Assembly: GCA_035272765.1 (NCBI GenBank)
Contig: DATEQG010000028.1
Coordinates: 14,068 to 78,067 of the forward strand
Length of the DNA: 64,000 nt
Source of the DNA: Candidatus Acidiferrum sp.
GTDB taxonomy: Bacteria > Acidobacteriota > Terriglobia > Acidiferrales > UBA7541
Direction: 5' to 3'
Shown piece after piece: positions 20,412-31,181 of this stretch. The translations under genes were made by a program, and so were the position numbers. The notes under the pieces were generated by a model, which saw only the letters and a program-made list of their open reading frames with translations, was not told the DNA's origin and made no database searches. How positions within the stretch are numbered: the first letter of the stretch is position 1; each line of letters starts with the position of its first letter.

Positions 20412-21154
20412 TCAAGGCCGCGATTCACAAATCCTTCCGGTTACTCGGTTTCGATGTCATCCATTTTCCTCCGAGGGAACAGGAGTGTCCTTCTGATTTC
20501 GGCAAGGAGGAGGCCGAAATCCTTCGTGCCGTGCGGCCCTGGACGATGACGAGCGCGGAGAGAATCTACGCGCTCATCCAAGCTGTGCGGTACGTGAGTG
20601 CGAACGGCATCGCGGGAGCCATCGTTGAGTGCGGCGTGTGGAAGGGTGGGAGCATGGCAGCCGTTGCGCGCACGCTGCTGCAAATAAGAGATGTGAGCCG
20701 GGATTTGTACCTGTTCGATACATTCGAAGGCATGTCGAAGCCGAGCGCGAAAGACGTTGATTACTCGGGAAAAAGGGCCGACGAGGTGATTATGGAGAAT
20801 TCCGGATTCAAGTGCGCGGATGCGCCACTGGAAAAGGTGAAGGAAGTGCTGTTTGCGACGGGATATCCGAAAGACAAAATTCATTTTGTTCCCGGAAAAG
20901 TGGAAGACACCGTGCCAGGTTCCGCGCCGGATGCAATTTCTCTGCTGCGACTGGACACAGATTGGTATGAGTCAACCAAACATGAACTGGTTCACCTGTT
21001 CCCGCGTTTGTCGAAGGCCGGGGTGATCATCATTGATGACTACGGACACTGGAGAGGCTCGCGGCAAGCTTGTGAAGAGTATTTCGCGGAGAATCGCTTG
21101 CCGATTCTACTGAACCGGATTGATTACACTGGGCGGATCGCGTTGAAGCCTTGA
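20408..21154 (+). CDS. TylF/MycF/NovP-family O-methyltransferase
   Basis: VECGVWKGGS, LFDTFEGM, LRLDTDWYEST, IDDYGHW. Confidence 0.92.
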   Translation: MIKAAIHKSFRLLGFDVIHFPPREQECPSDFGKEEAEILRAVRPWTMTSAERIYALIQAVRYVSANGIAGAIVECGVWKGGSMAAVARTLLQIRDVSRDLYLFDTFEGMSKPSAKDVDYSGKRADEVIMENSGFKCADAPLEKVKEVLFATGYPKDKIHFVPGKVEDTVPGSAPDAISLLRLDTDWYESTKHELVHLFPRLSKAGVIIIDDYGHWRGSRQACEEYFAENRLPILLNRIDYTGRIALKP

Positions 21155-21176
21155 TTCGAGGCCAACGGAAAAGATT

Positions 21177-22352
21177 GTGGCAGAAAAAGCTGCCAAGAAA
21201 GGCGCATGCGCGTTGAGGATTTTGATTGCGATTGGGGTCTCGCGGCAGAAAGAGGCAGGAGCAGCCGGCGTGGTGCTGAATCACGCTGCTGAGTTGACGA
21301 AGCGCGGCCACGCGGTCGATAGCTGGTTCTTGGAAGACGTGCTGGAACGCCCAGCAAAACCGAAACGGTTTGAAGCTCTGCTATTCGCGAGGTCGGTCTC
21401 CAGACGTATCCAGAAGGAGCCAGGAAAATATGACGTGGTTAATTTGCATGCGCCGTGGGGATGCGTTTATGGAGTTTGGCGGCGCAAATTCGGGAAGACG
21501 GGCGCGCCTCCTTACGTGCTGACGATGCAAGGGAGCGAAGAGCGCTACGTTCAGGCCATGCAGCTTGAGCATCGCAAAGGCCGCGCGTGGCATTTTAGCT
21601 GGAAGAACAGGTTGTGGCATCGCTTCTATCATCAAAAGATGTACGACCATTCGATCATAACAGCGGATTACGGCGCAGTGGCGAACCGGGAGGCGTGGAT
21701 CTGCGCGGAGTTAAAATATGAGCGCGCTCCCGGCCGTATTTGGTATGTGCCAAACGGCGTGGAAGAGCGTTTCTTCATTGCGCGCAACTTTTCCGAGAAG
21801 AAAGAGTGCCATTTGCTTTTTGTGGGCACCTGGCTGGATCGCAAGGGTGTGTATTATCTCGCGGAAGGTTTTGGCTTGGTGGCCAAAGAGAACTCCGGAA
21901 TACAGTTAACCGTGGCGGGATGCGGGGCGCCAGCGGAGCTGGTTAAGGAAATGTTCGCACCGAAGGTACGCGAACGGGTAAGTGTGATTCCCTTCGTAAA
22001 GCGCGAGGACATGCCTACGTTGTATGCCGAACATGACATTTTTGTGTTCCCGTCGCTCGTGGAAGGAATGCCGCTCACTTTATTGGAAGCGATGGCTACC
22101 GGGATGCCGGTGGTCACGACGAACACGTGCGGGATGGCGGATGTAGTTGAGGATGAAGTCAACGGCTTGCTTGTACCCGCAGCGGACGCAGAGGAATTGG
22201 CACGTGGGATCGAGCGACTAAGCAAATCCTTGGAACTGCGCACGCGGCTAGGACTGGCGGGACAGGAAACAATGCGGCGATATACCTGGGAGCAAATTGC
22301 GGCAAAATTGGAGGAGGTGTTTTTACTCGCGGCGCGAAATGGGCAGAACTAG
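21177..22352 (+). CDS. GT4 glycosyltransferase
   Basis: VPNGV, FVFPSLVEGMPLTLLEAMATGMPVV; start uncertain. Confidence 0.9.
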   Translation: MAEKAAKKGACALRILIAIGVSRQKEAGAAGVVLNHAAELTKRGHAVDSWFLEDVLERPAKPKRFEALLFARSVSRRIQKEPGKYDVVNLHAPWGCVYGVWRRKFGKTGAPPYVLTMQGSEERYVQAMQLEHRKGRAWHFSWKNRLWHRFYHQKMYDHSIITADYGAVANREAWICAELKYERAPGRIWYVPNGVEERFFIARNFSEKKECHLLFVGTWLDRKGVYYLAEGFGLVAKENSGIQLTVAGCGAPAELVKEMFAPKVRERVSVIPFVKREDMPTLYAEHDIFVFPSLVEGMPLTLLEAMATGMPVVTTNTCGMADVVEDEVNGLLVPAADAEELARGIERLSKSLELRTRLGLAGQETMRRYTWEQIAAKLEEVFLLAARNGQN

Positions 22353-22399
22353 GCGGAAATCGTCTGGGCTGAAGGATTCCGAATGATCCGGAGAAAATA

Positions 22400-23056
22400 T
22401 TGAAATACGAAGTGGTCCGTTTGCCGGGCGAAGCGAGCGCGGGGGCGAAGGATGCGTCGAACGATAGCATCTGGCTTCGCCATTCGGCTTGCGCTTTTCT
22501 TCGATTGCGTCCAGCGGTGGCGCAGCATACGTCGGCGGAACATGCGGCGTTTCGAAAATGGGCCGAAGGCCGCAAGAGCGTGGTGGAAATCGGAGTTGCG
22601 GAGGGAGTTTCGGCGCTCGCGCTTCGCGAAGGAATGGCGGAGGACGGAACGATCTACCTCATTGATCCGTTTCACTTGAGCCGCCTGCCGATGCTGAACT
22701 TTATTAAGCGCGTGGCGCGGCGCACGGTCAACGGAAGTTCGCGAGGAAGCGCAGTGTGGATCGAGAATTTCAGCCAGGACGCAGCGAAGAGTTGGGATAA
22801 AGCGATTGATTTGCTTTTAATCGACGGCGACCACGCGGAAGCGGCGGTCGAGTGCGATTGGAAGGATTGGAGCCGCTTCGTCGTGCCGGGGGGAATCGTG
22901 ATTTTTCACGATGCGAGAATTTTTCAGGACGGCTGGACCTCGCCTGACTATGGGCCGGTAAAATTTGTTGACCGGAAGTTTCGGGCTGGCGGGGCGCCGG
23001 AGTGGACGATTGTGGAGGAAATTCATTCACTTTTTGTCGTACGGCGGAACATGTAA
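22400..23056 (+). CDS. Class I SAM methyltransferase (Methyltransf_24-like)
   Basis: VVEIGVAEGVS, IDLLLIDGDH, GGIVIFHD. Confidence 0.85.
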   Translation: MKYEVVRLPGEASAGAKDASNDSIWLRHSACAFLRLRPAVAQHTSAEHAAFRKWAEGRKSVVEIGVAEGVSALALREGMAEDGTIYLIDPFHLSRLPMLNFIKRVARRTVNGSSRGSAVWIENFSQDAAKSWDKAIDLLLIDGDHAEAAVECDWKDWSRFVVPGGIVIFHDARIFQDGWTSPDYGPVKFVDRKFRAGGAPEWTIVEEIHSLFVVRRNM

Positions 23057-23092
23057 GACTGCTGCCGGGCATTGAGACGATTCAGAGATTTC

Positions 23093-24769
23093 ATGATCAC
23101 ACTAGGGATTAATTATTCGCAGATGCATGATTCGTCGGCGTGCTTGGTGCGCGACGGGGAGCTTGAGTTTGCGGCGGCGGAAGAGCGCATCAGCCGGGTG
23201 AAGCATGACGCGCGGTTTCCGGAGAATGCCATCAGGGCATGTCTGGATTTTGCCAGGGTGAAGGCGGAGCAGCTGGATGAAGTGTGTTTTGGCTGGCAGG
23301 TGGCGGGCGCGGCGTTTCGGCACGATTTGAAGTGTTTTGCATCGGGGAGAATGCCTGCGACCTATTCGAATGGGCTGAATTCGACGCTACATTTTATGAG
23401 CATGTGGCATCAGGAGGGCGGGGCAAAGCGATTTACGCAGATTTTTGGCGCGCCGAAAGCGCGGATGAGGTTTGTGGATCATCATTTGGCGCACGCTTTA
23501 AGCGGGTATTCGTTTTCGGGATTTGATGATGCGGCAGTCGTGGTGATGGATGGGCGCGGGGCATGGGAAGCGACTTCGATTTGGCACGGACGGGATGGGC
23601 GGCTCGAGCACGTTTTGACGATTCCGTTTCCAGACTCGGTTGGATATTTCTACAGCGAGTTCACCGAGTACCTCGGGTTTCAGCGCAACAGCGATGAGTG
23701 GAAAGTGATGGGGCTGGCGCCTTACGGCAAGCCCGGTGTCGATTTGCGCGCGTTTATTGAAGCGGATGCAACGCCCTACAAGGTGCATGCCAGGAAGCTC
23801 GTTGCGAACGGAGCGGCCCCTTTTGCTGAGATGGTGCGCCTGTTCGGGCCGCGGCGGGCTCCCGAGAGCGAAATCGACGAGCGGCACAAAGATGTGGCGT
23901 ACGCGGTGCAAGATGCTTGCGAGATCGCGATGATGAGCGTCGTGAAGATGGCCATCGAGAAGACCAAAAGCCGCAACGTCTGCCTGGCCGGCGGGGTAGC
24001 GCTCAACTCCAAAGCGAACGGGAAAATTGCGGCGTCTGGGATGGTGGAAAAGTTCTTTGTGCAGCCTGCGGCTTCAGATGATGGCGTTGCACTTGGAGCT
24101 GCGCTCGCGCCTTATCTTGAGGGCGGCGGGCGTTTGCCAATGAAGGAGATGCGCCACGCGTATTTGGGGCCGGAGTTCGACGACGACGCCATCGAGAGCG
24201 CTCTGAAGACTTATAAACTAAAGTATGCGCGATTGAGCGATGTGGCTGTAGCCGCGGCGGAATTGCTTTCTAAAGGGAAAATACTTGGATGGTTTCAAGG
24301 GCGCATGGAATTTGGGCCGCGTGCGCTTGGAAGCCGATCGATATTGGCGGACCCGCGCGATCGGGAGATGAACGCGAAGGTCAATAACGCCGTGAAATTC
24401 CGCGAGTGGTGGCGGCCGTTCGCGCCGTCCATGAAGAAGGAAGCGGCGGGAGAATATCTGGAGAGCGCGAGCGATTCCCCGTTCATGATTCTGACGGCGC
24501 AGGTGCGGCCAGAGAAGCGCGCGGTGATTCCCTCGGTGACGCACGTGGACGGAAGCGCGAGGCCGCAAACAGTGGAGAAAGAGATCAATCCCCTCTATTG
24601 GCGGCTCATTGATGAATTTGGCAAGCGCACCGGCGTGCCGGTCATTATGAACACGTCGTTCAACCTTCGCGGCGAGGCAATCGTGCATACGCCCACGGAT
24701 GCCATTCGCACTTTTTTCAGCTCGGGAATGGATGCGCTGGTGATTGGCAGCTTTCTGGTGGAGAAATGA
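23093..24769 (+). CDS. NodU/CmcH-family O-carbamoyltransferase
   Basis: HDSSAC, EERISRVKH, HHLAHA, EWKVMGLAPYG, AGGVALN, GRMEFGPRALGSRS, RPFAP, HVDGSARPQT, NTSFN. Confidence 0.95.
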   Translation: MITLGINYSQMHDSSACLVRDGELEFAAAEERISRVKHDARFPENAIRACLDFARVKAEQLDEVCFGWQVAGAAFRHDLKCFASGRMPATYSNGLNSTLHFMSMWHQEGGAKRFTQIFGAPKARMRFVDHHLAHALSGYSFSGFDDAAVVVMDGRGAWEATSIWHGRDGRLEHVLTIPFPDSVGYFYSEFTEYLGFQRNSDEWKVMGLAPYGKPGVDLRAFIEADATPYKVHARKLVANGAAPFAEMVRLFGPRRAPESEIDERHKDVAYAVQDACEIAMMSVVKMAIEKTKSRNVCLAGGVALNSKANGKIAASGMVEKFFVQPAASDDGVALGAALAPYLEGGGRLPMKEMRHAYLGPEFDDDAIESALKTYKLKYARLSDVAVAAAELLSKGKILGWFQGRMEFGPRALGSRSILADPRDREMNAKVNNAVKFREWWRPFAPSMKKEAAGEYLESASDSPFMILTAQVRPEKRAVIPSVTHVDGSARPQTVEKEINPLYWRLIDEFGKRTGVPVIMNTSFNLRGEAIVHTPTDAIRTFFSSGMDALVIGSFLVEK

Positions 24770-24770
24770 A

Positions 24771-25571
24771 GTGAGCGCTTCGCAAGGCCGGATAGCGCAA
24801 TTTTTGCTCCGGTACGCTTCGCCTCTGGCGGAGTTGCGCCGAGTGCCCGTGCTGGGCCGATGCGTGAGCTGGGCGGGAGCAAAGCTAGTGCCGCGCGATT
24901 CGCTTGCGTGGGTGCAAGTGCAGAACGGTCCGGCACAAGGCTTGTGGCTGCATTTGAATCCGCGCACGGGGAAGAATTACTTCGAAGGAGGGGGCGAGCC
25001 GGAAGTGCAGGCAGCTTTGCGAGAACAGCTGCGTCCCGGGATGGTTTTTTACGATCTCGGAGCGAACATCGGATTTTTTTCTTTGCTTGCGGCACGGTTG
25101 GTGGGAAAAGAGGGGCGCGTGGTTGCATTTGAGGCTGATCCCGAAATTGCGACAAGATTGCGCGAACACGTTGCACGAAATGAATCTAGCTGGATCATTG
25201 TGGAAGAAAAAGCTGTTTGGTCGGAACCACGCACGGTTTTCTTTGCGCGAACCGATCCGGCGACTTCGCCGGACCGAGGACTTGGGCACGTCGTCTCCGC
25301 AAGCGAAGGTGACACCATTCGGGTAAGTGCAGTGTCGCTCGATGGCTACACCAGGACGCAACCGGCGCCGGACTTTCTAAAGTGCGACGTGGAAGGCGCG
25401 GAAGTGGAAGTGTTTCGCGGAGCGGAGCGATTGTTGAAGGAAAAACGTCCGGGAATTATTTGCGAGATGCACAGCGAGGAAAACCACAAGATCCTGCTTG
25501 AAGAGTTCTCGCGATTCGGCTATGCCTGCAAGCCGTGTGGCACGAATCACATTCTGGCACTCCCTCAATGA
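24771..25571 (+). CDS. FkbM-family methyltransferase
   Basis: FYDLGANIGFFS, VAFEAD, LKCDVEGAE. Confidence 0.9.
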   Translation: MSASQGRIAQFLLRYASPLAELRRVPVLGRCVSWAGAKLVPRDSLAWVQVQNGPAQGLWLHLNPRTGKNYFEGGGEPEVQAALREQLRPGMVFYDLGANIGFFSLLAARLVGKEGRVVAFEADPEIATRLREHVARNESSWIIVEEKAVWSEPRTVFFARTDPATSPDRGLGHVVSASEGDTIRVSAVSLDGYTRTQPAPDFLKCDVEGAEVEVFRGAERLLKEKRPGIICEMHSEENHKILLEEFSRFGYACKPCGTNHILALPQ

Positions 25572-26674
25572 CGCAAAAGTGCATCGCGCTGCTCGGCCGG
25601 CGGGATGCGCCGACCGATGCCGTCGAAGAGTATTGCAGGTACTTGGGCGAGGCTTTACGCGCGCACGATTTTGAGCTGGAGCTTGCGCGCGTCGCGTGGC
25701 TAGAAGATGGCTGGCCCGCGGCGATGCGCGAACTCGAGCGCCAAGCGAAGGAATGGCGCGGGTGCTGGGTGCTGGTGCAATACACGGCGCTGTCGTGGTC
25801 GGAGCGCGGTTTTCCGCTGCGCTTTCTGCGAGTCCTGCGGATTCTCCGGCAAGCAGGTGCGCGCGTTGCGATGGTCTATCACGACGTTTTGCCCTACCAC
25901 GGTGACCGCACCATAGATAAGCTGCGGCGGCGCGCACAGAATCACGCGATGAGCGAAGCGCTGCGGTCTTCTGATCTCGGCGTCTTCACAGTGCCGGTCA
26001 GTAAGATTCCCTGGATCGGAAAGAGACACACGCGGACGGTTTTTATCCCCGTCGGAGCGAATTTGCCGGAACCGGAGAGCGCCTGGAAAATGCGTCCTGG
26101 CGAGGCGAACCGGCTGCCTGCGATTGCTGTGTTTGGTATCACCGGAGGAGAAGGCGGCATCTGGGAGATTGCAAGCATTTCCGAGGCTTTGCAAATTGTG
26201 GCGGAGGGCTTGGGAAAGTTGCGGCTGGTCGTCATGGGACGCCATTCGGACACGGCAGAAAAGGCACTGAAGAATTTGATGGACAAGCAGCCGATTGAAG
26301 TCTGCGCGCTTGGAATCCTGCCAGGATCGGAAATCGTACAGCACTTGGCGTCCTGCGATGTCTTGCTTTTTGTGCGAGGAGGAATTTCTTCGCGGCGCGG
26401 CAGCGCTATCGCGGGCATCGCGTGCGGTTTGCCGGTGGTTGCGCTCGACGGGCCGGAAACGGCGTCTCCCATTACCGAAGCGGGTGTGGTGTTCGCCGAT
26501 CCGAAGCGCCAGCGAGGATTAGGAGAAGCGCTGCTCAAAGTGCTTGCTGATCCGGAGTATCGCGCAACGCTTGCCGAACGCAGCTGCCGCGCGCAGGAGA
26601 AGCATTTTTCCTGGAAGGCGATTGCCGCGCGTTACGCTGCGGCGTTGCGTTCCGCTGATGGCAGTGTGAGCTAA
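25568..26674 (+). CDS. GT-B fold glycosyltransferase
   Basis: IPVGAN, SSRRGSAIAGIACGLPVV, FSWKAIA; ATGA overlap with upstream gene. Confidence 0.8.
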   Translation: MTQKCIALLGRRDAPTDAVEEYCRYLGEALRAHDFELELARVAWLEDGWPAAMRELERQAKEWRGCWVLVQYTALSWSERGFPLRFLRVLRILRQAGARVAMVYHDVLPYHGDRTIDKLRRRAQNHAMSEALRSSDLGVFTVPVSKIPWIGKRHTRTVFIPVGANLPEPESAWKMRPGEANRLPAIAVFGITGGEGGIWEIASISEALQIVAEGLGKLRLVVMGRHSDTAEKALKNLMDKQPIEVCALGILPGSEIVQHLASCDVLLFVRGGISSRRGSAIAGIACGLPVVALDGPETASPITEAGVVFADPKRQRGLGEALLKVLADPEYRATLAERSCRAQEKHFSWKAIAARYAAALRSADGSVS

Positions 26675-26706
26675 AGCTTTCCGTTCCATTGCCGACGGAT
26701 GAAGGT

Positions 26707-28359
26707 TCAACGGGACAGCGCGTCGATCAAGGTTTCTTTCTTTTTTTCGGCGAGGGCGGCCAGCGGATCGAGCGAGGAGAAGTAGCCCGCGATTGCCGCG
26801 GCGGCAAGAAATGCAAATACCTCCGCGGGAAGCCACTTGTCGCCAGTCCAACGGCTCATAAACAGGATGGGTGCGCTGATGCCGCCTAAAAGAATTTGCG
26901 TGCCAAACGAGACAAGCACGGCCATCCCGGATTGGCGCTGACCGCGCATCTGCCCGAAATTGAGTTTGCGCGGAAAGCATAGCGAGGACCAATTGGCGAT
27001 GGTCAGTTGCCCCGCGACGTTGAATATGATCGCGGCTAGTGTAGCTAGAAGAACTGGCAGCGAAGGAAGTCCAACGAGGTAGGAAAAGGCAACCATAGAA
27101 AGCGTCAATTCAAACGCCAGCATGCCGACCTGCAAGAGATTTTTTCCAAGAAAAACTTCACGGAAGCTCACGGGCGAAGTGAAGAACGTTTGGATGCCCT
27201 TGCCGTCATAAGCAAAGCTGTTATACGCGGGCGCCATCAGAATGAGCAAGAGGTAGGCCATCATGCCCGGGAAAAAAAACTCGGTCGAAACGGGATGCCT
27301 CATCGCCGTGGGATGCCTGCCCGCGAATTGCGTGGTGAAGAGCAAAACAAAAACGGGAGGCATGATCAGCAGAAAAAAGGCGAAAGTGTTGCGGGTAAGA
27401 TAGCGGAACTCCTTGCGAAGGACGGAGGCAACTTGTGGCGTAAGCAAGCGAAGCGCATCGGGCTGGTCGGTGGTGCGGGAAACCGGGCGAACGACGGCGC
27501 GGGCAGGTGCGGCGGTTTCGCTCAGTTCCTCGCCTCGGTATTGCGTAGCGAAGCGCAGCCAGAGGAAAACGCTGAAAAGCAGCACGTAAGCTGAAATGCC
27601 AGCCGCGCCGAGGATCGTGTCCGTAAAATTGTGCTGGGCGGCGCCTGCGATGGCACGGCCCGCGAGCGACGGAGGAAAAACTGAAAGATAGGGGACTACT
27701 TGCCGGACCCAAGGTTGCGCCGCACTGCCGTATCTTTGCACTAGCGGATTGATGAACTGGACGGAGACGGCAAAGAGGATGAAGAGCGCGAAGAACATTT
27801 CTCGAGCACGGCGGCGAGCCAGAATGCGTTCGATCCAGGAACCGATCATGCGCTCGAGCGTGATGTTCATCAGCAGGAAGAGAGCGCAGATGAGCAGGAG
27901 GGCGGGCAGGACGCGCGGATTTGCCACGGTCGCGCCGATGATCATTGCCGTTAACCAGCAGAGCGAGGCGAGCGCGGCAAAATCCGCCACCCCGTAGGCT
28001 AAGCCGATGAGGTAAAACGCGCGGAGGCTGAGCGGAAATCGCAGCAAGTTACGAAATTCAAAACCAACCCCAAAGCTCGCCGTGAAAACGGGAAAGAACT
28101 GCCAGAAGAGAAAAATTCCCCAGAAAGGCAACGCGATCCAGGCTTCATGACCGCCCGACAAAATGGCGTAAGCGCCAAAGCCGAACCCCACGCTTACGCC
28201 AAGGACCGCCAGCGTGGCAAAAACGCCCGCGACAATCATCCCGATCAAATCCCACTGATTGTGTTTCTTGCGGAGATTGTTGGCCAGAATCCGCCAGCGG
28301 AGCCCCGAGACGAGCCTGATTTGTTCCCAAACGCCGGGAAGTTGAGTTACATCAGCCAC
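26707..28359 (-). CDS. ABC transporter permease (multi-TM)
   Basis: About 12 hydrophobic segments, LRKEFRYL; overlaps the ATPase gene. Confidence 0.75.
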   Translation of the reverse strand: MADVTQLPGVWEQIRLVSGLRWRILANNLRKKHNQWDLIGMIVAGVFATLAVLGVSVGFGFGAYAILSGGHEAWIALPFWGIFLFWQFFPVFTASFGVGFEFRNLLRFPLSLRAFYLIGLAYGVADFAALASLCWLTAMIIGATVANPRVLPALLLICALFLLMNITLERMIGSWIERILARRRAREMFFALFILFAVSVQFINPLVQRYGSAAQPWVRQVVPYLSVFPPSLAGRAIAGAAQHNFTDTILGAAGISAYVLLFSVFLWLRFATQYRGEELSETAAPARAVVRPVSRTTDQPDALRLLTPQVASVLRKEFRYLTRNTFAFFLLIMPPVFVLLFTTQFAGRHPTAMRHPVSTEFFFPGMMAYLLLILMAPAYNSFAYDGKGIQTFFTSPVSFREVFLGKNLLQVGMLAFELTLSMVAFSYLVGLPSLPVLLATLAAIIFNVAGQLTIANWSSLCFPRKLNFGQMRGQRQSGMAVLVSFGTQILLGGISAPILFMSRWTGDKWLPAEVFAFLAAAAIAGYFSSLDPLAALAEKKKETLIDALSR

Positions 28360-29135
28360 GAGAGTTCCTCGAGTTGTGGCCGCTGGGCGCCGTCCTGGCC
28401 CACGATGGAGAGGAAAATCTGCTCCAGACTCGTTTTGCTTCCTTCTTCACCGGCAATGCCTGCACGCAGCTCCTCGAGCGAACCCTGAGCCACGAGCCGG
28501 CCTTTGTGAATGATGGCCACGTGGCTGCAGAGCCGCTCGACAATTTCAAGAACGTGCGAGGTAAGAAAAATGGTGACGCCGCGCTCGGTCATGCGTCCCA
28601 GAAGCGCTTTGAGAGCTCCTGCGGCAAGAGCATCCACACCCTCGAACGGTTCATCGAGAAAAAGAATGCGCGGACCATGAATCACTGCCGCAGCCAGAGC
28701 AAGTTTTTTCTGCATACCGTGGGAATAGTCCGCGATGAGAGTCTTTGGCCGGTCAGAGAGCTGCATGAAATCGAGCAACTCGTCGGAGCGGCGCCGCGTC
28801 GTGGGACGATCGAGGCCGTACATGCGGCCAACGAACTGAAGATACTCGGCGCCTGTCAATCGCTCGAAGAGGCCCATGCCCTCGGGAACGACGCCGATTT
28901 GCCGCTTCACTTCAACAGGATGCGCAGCGAAGTCCAGCCCAAGCAGTTCCGCGCGTCCGGAACTCGGAGCCAGCAGGCCGGTGAGCATCTTGATGGTTGT
29001 GGACTTGCCCGCGCCATTGGGGCCGAGGAAGCCGAAGAACTGGCCAGCAGCAACGGTGAGGTCGACGCCGTCGACCGCGGTCAGATTGCCGAAGCGGCGT
29101 GTAAGCTTCTGCGTCACGATGGCTGCGTCTGTCAT
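28347..29135 (-). CDS. ABC transporter ATP-binding protein
   Basis: GPNGAGKST, YSHGM, LFLDEP, TSH. Confidence 0.93.
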   Translation of the reverse strand: MTDAAIVTQKLTRRFGNLTAVDGVDLTVAAGQFFGFLGPNGAGKSTTIKMLTGLLAPSSGRAELLGLDFAAHPVEVKRQIGVVPEGMGLFERLTGAEYLQFVGRMYGLDRPTTRRRSDELLDFMQLSDRPKTLIADYSHGMQKKLALAAAVIHGPRILFLDEPFEGVDALAAGALKALLGRMTERGVTIFLTSHVLEIVERLCSHVAIIHKGRLVAQGSLEELRAGIAGEEGSKTSLEQIFLSIVGQDGAQRPQLEELSWLM

Positions 29136-29241
29136 CGCGTCCCCCACTTGCTGAATGCAGTTCGAAACAAGACTCTAACATGAGTCCGCCAGGCCTCAAG
29201 ACGATCGAGCAAAAGTGTTCGCGCACCGGCAAGAAGCAGGG

Positions 29242-31053
29242 TCACGAGAACTTCTGCGGATTTGAAGTGGTGCCAGTGAGCTGCGGTTCCTTTGTGGGAA
29301 GAGCCGCAAGGACAGCCGGCAACTCTACGCGGAACACCGCGCCGCCTTCTTGCCGGTTGTAGCAGAGAATCCTGCCGCTGTGCTCCTGCACAATGCCGAA
29401 GCAAATGCTGAGACCCAAGCCTGTGCCTTTGCCGACGGGTTTGGTCGTATAAAAAGGATCAAAGACACGATGAGGTTCCTTGACACCCGGCCCGGTATCC
29501 AGGAAAAGCACGACGACATAGGCGCGGTCGCGCATGGTTTTAATGGTGAGGACGCCACCTTGCGCCGCTTCCATGGCGTCGACCGCGTTACTGATCATAT
29601 TGAAGAAGACCTGCATGAGCTGATTTCCATCGCCGCGAACGCCGGGGAGAACGGATTCGAGCTGGAGCTCGATGCGCACCGTCCCCGTACGAAGGTCGAG
29701 GAAACGGAGCTGCACAGCATTGGTGACCACGGTGTTGATATCTAGAAGCGTGCGTTCCGTGGGGACCTGCCTGGCGAAGCTGAGCAAGTTTCCGACGAGT
29801 GTTTTCGTGCGCCGAGCCTGGTCGCGAATTTTCGATGCGGTTACGCGGGCTTTTTCGGGAAGGGTCAGGTCGTCCGCCAGGATGTCGGAGAAGCCCAGAA
29901 TGGCCGTCAAAGGGTTATTGATTTCATGAGCAGCGCCAGCAGCCAATTGTCCCAGAGAGACGAGTTTTTCGGATTGCACGATTTGCGTCTGGAGTCTCTG
30001 CAAATTCTCGATGGACCGTTCGGATTGCGAGAGCAGGCGGGTGCGGTCGGCATCGGCCAGATACGTTCTCAGGAAGACCAGCAGAGCGAGAGGAATGGAG
30101 GCGAGAAGGACAGTCAGCAACCGGAAATCACGGACCGTGGCAGTTTCGTGAGCGAACCGCAGAGTGTAAATGGCGAATACCGGCAAGGAGATCACTGCGG
30201 CCATCGCCAGACGCGCTGGCACGACGCTCTCTCCGCGAGAGCTATCCGACTCCGCGTCGGACTCGTTCTCCGAGGGCGCGTCGAGAGCGGCACGTTTTTG
30301 GTATGCGATGACGCCCGCGAAAGCGAACCAGAGAAAAGAGGAAACCAAAGGAAGATCGTACAAGCTTCCTGTGTAATAGCGGTTGAACTCGAGAGCGATG
30401 TTGATGGTGAGGGAAGAAAGCATGTACATCGTAGAGGCGCCGAAAAGATTGGCGTAGACCACTCGCCATGCTCCCGACGACCGCAGCCAGAGGTAGGCGA
30501 AGCCGCCGACGATGATCATGTTCTCGATGTTGTGAAGAAGAACGAAATTGTACTTGTACTCCGCGAGCGAAGGAACGGCGTACATCCACGGCAGCACGAT
30601 GAAAACGTAAAGAAAGATCCACCAGATGAGCAGCAATGCAAAGTCCAAATAGCCGAAGCGAAGGCGCAGCTCGCCGCGCTTGAGATGCGGGCGCAGCGTC
30701 AGCGCCGCCATCATGGGAATGCCGCGGAGGAAGAAGACAATGTCGACTGGGTCGTTATCGGGCACGTCGCGGTGCAGATAGAGTTCGTAGTAGGTCCACT
30801 CGAATTGCCCGATCAGCCAGAGCGTGCAGCCCATGGCGAGGAGCATCCAGAAGAGATTTCTGCGCCAATGCGGAGTTCCGGCGTTCATCAGAAGGCCGGC
30901 GTTAGCGAGGAGCGGCACAATGCACTGAGACAAATCTCCGAAGGCGGTAAGAGCATGGCTTCCCCTGTGCAGAAACAGCGAGAAGCTGGCATACACGACA
31001 AGAAAGAACAGCCAAATACCGGCCATGCGGACAATTGTTTTGGAAGAAGACAT
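29242..31053 (-). CDS. Membrane sensor histidine kinase (orphan)
   Basis: Multi-TM N-terminus; AHEINNPL H-box, NMISNA N-box, DTGPG, FDPFYTTK, GTGLGLS. Confidence 0.92.
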   Translation of the reverse strand: MSSSKTIVRMAGIWLFFLVVYASFSLFLHRGSHALTAFGDLSQCIVPLLANAGLLMNAGTPHWRRNLFWMLLAMGCTLWLIGQFEWTYYELYLHRDVPDNDPVDIVFFLRGIPMMAALTLRPHLKRGELRLRFGYLDFALLLIWWIFLYVFIVLPWMYAVPSLAEYKYNFVLLHNIENMIIVGGFAYLWLRSSGAWRVVYANLFGASTMYMLSSLTINIALEFNRYYTGSLYDLPLVSSFLWFAFAGVIAYQKRAALDAPSENESDAESDSSRGESVVPARLAMAAVISLPVFAIYTLRFAHETATVRDFRLLTVLLASIPLALLVFLRTYLADADRTRLLSQSERSIENLQRLQTQIVQSEKLVSLGQLAAGAAHEINNPLTAILGFSDILADDLTLPEKARVTASKIRDQARRTKTLVGNLLSFARQVPTERTLLDINTVVTNAVQLRFLDLRTGTVRIELQLESVLPGVRGDGNQLMQVFFNMISNAVDAMEAAQGGVLTIKTMRDRAYVVVLFLDTGPGVKEPHRVFDPFYTTKPVGKGTGLGLSICFGIVQEHSGRILCYNRQEGGAVFRVELPAVLAALPTKEPQLTGTTSNPQKFS

Positions 31054-31181
31054 AGGATCAGGTCAATCTATTTTAGAAGGGCGAAGCGAGGAGGGCTGCG
31101 CCGCATTCGGAGCCCAATACGTAAGTATAAACGAACCCCGTTGTCGTCTTCGATGGTTCGTTCGCCAAACCTGCGTGAGGC

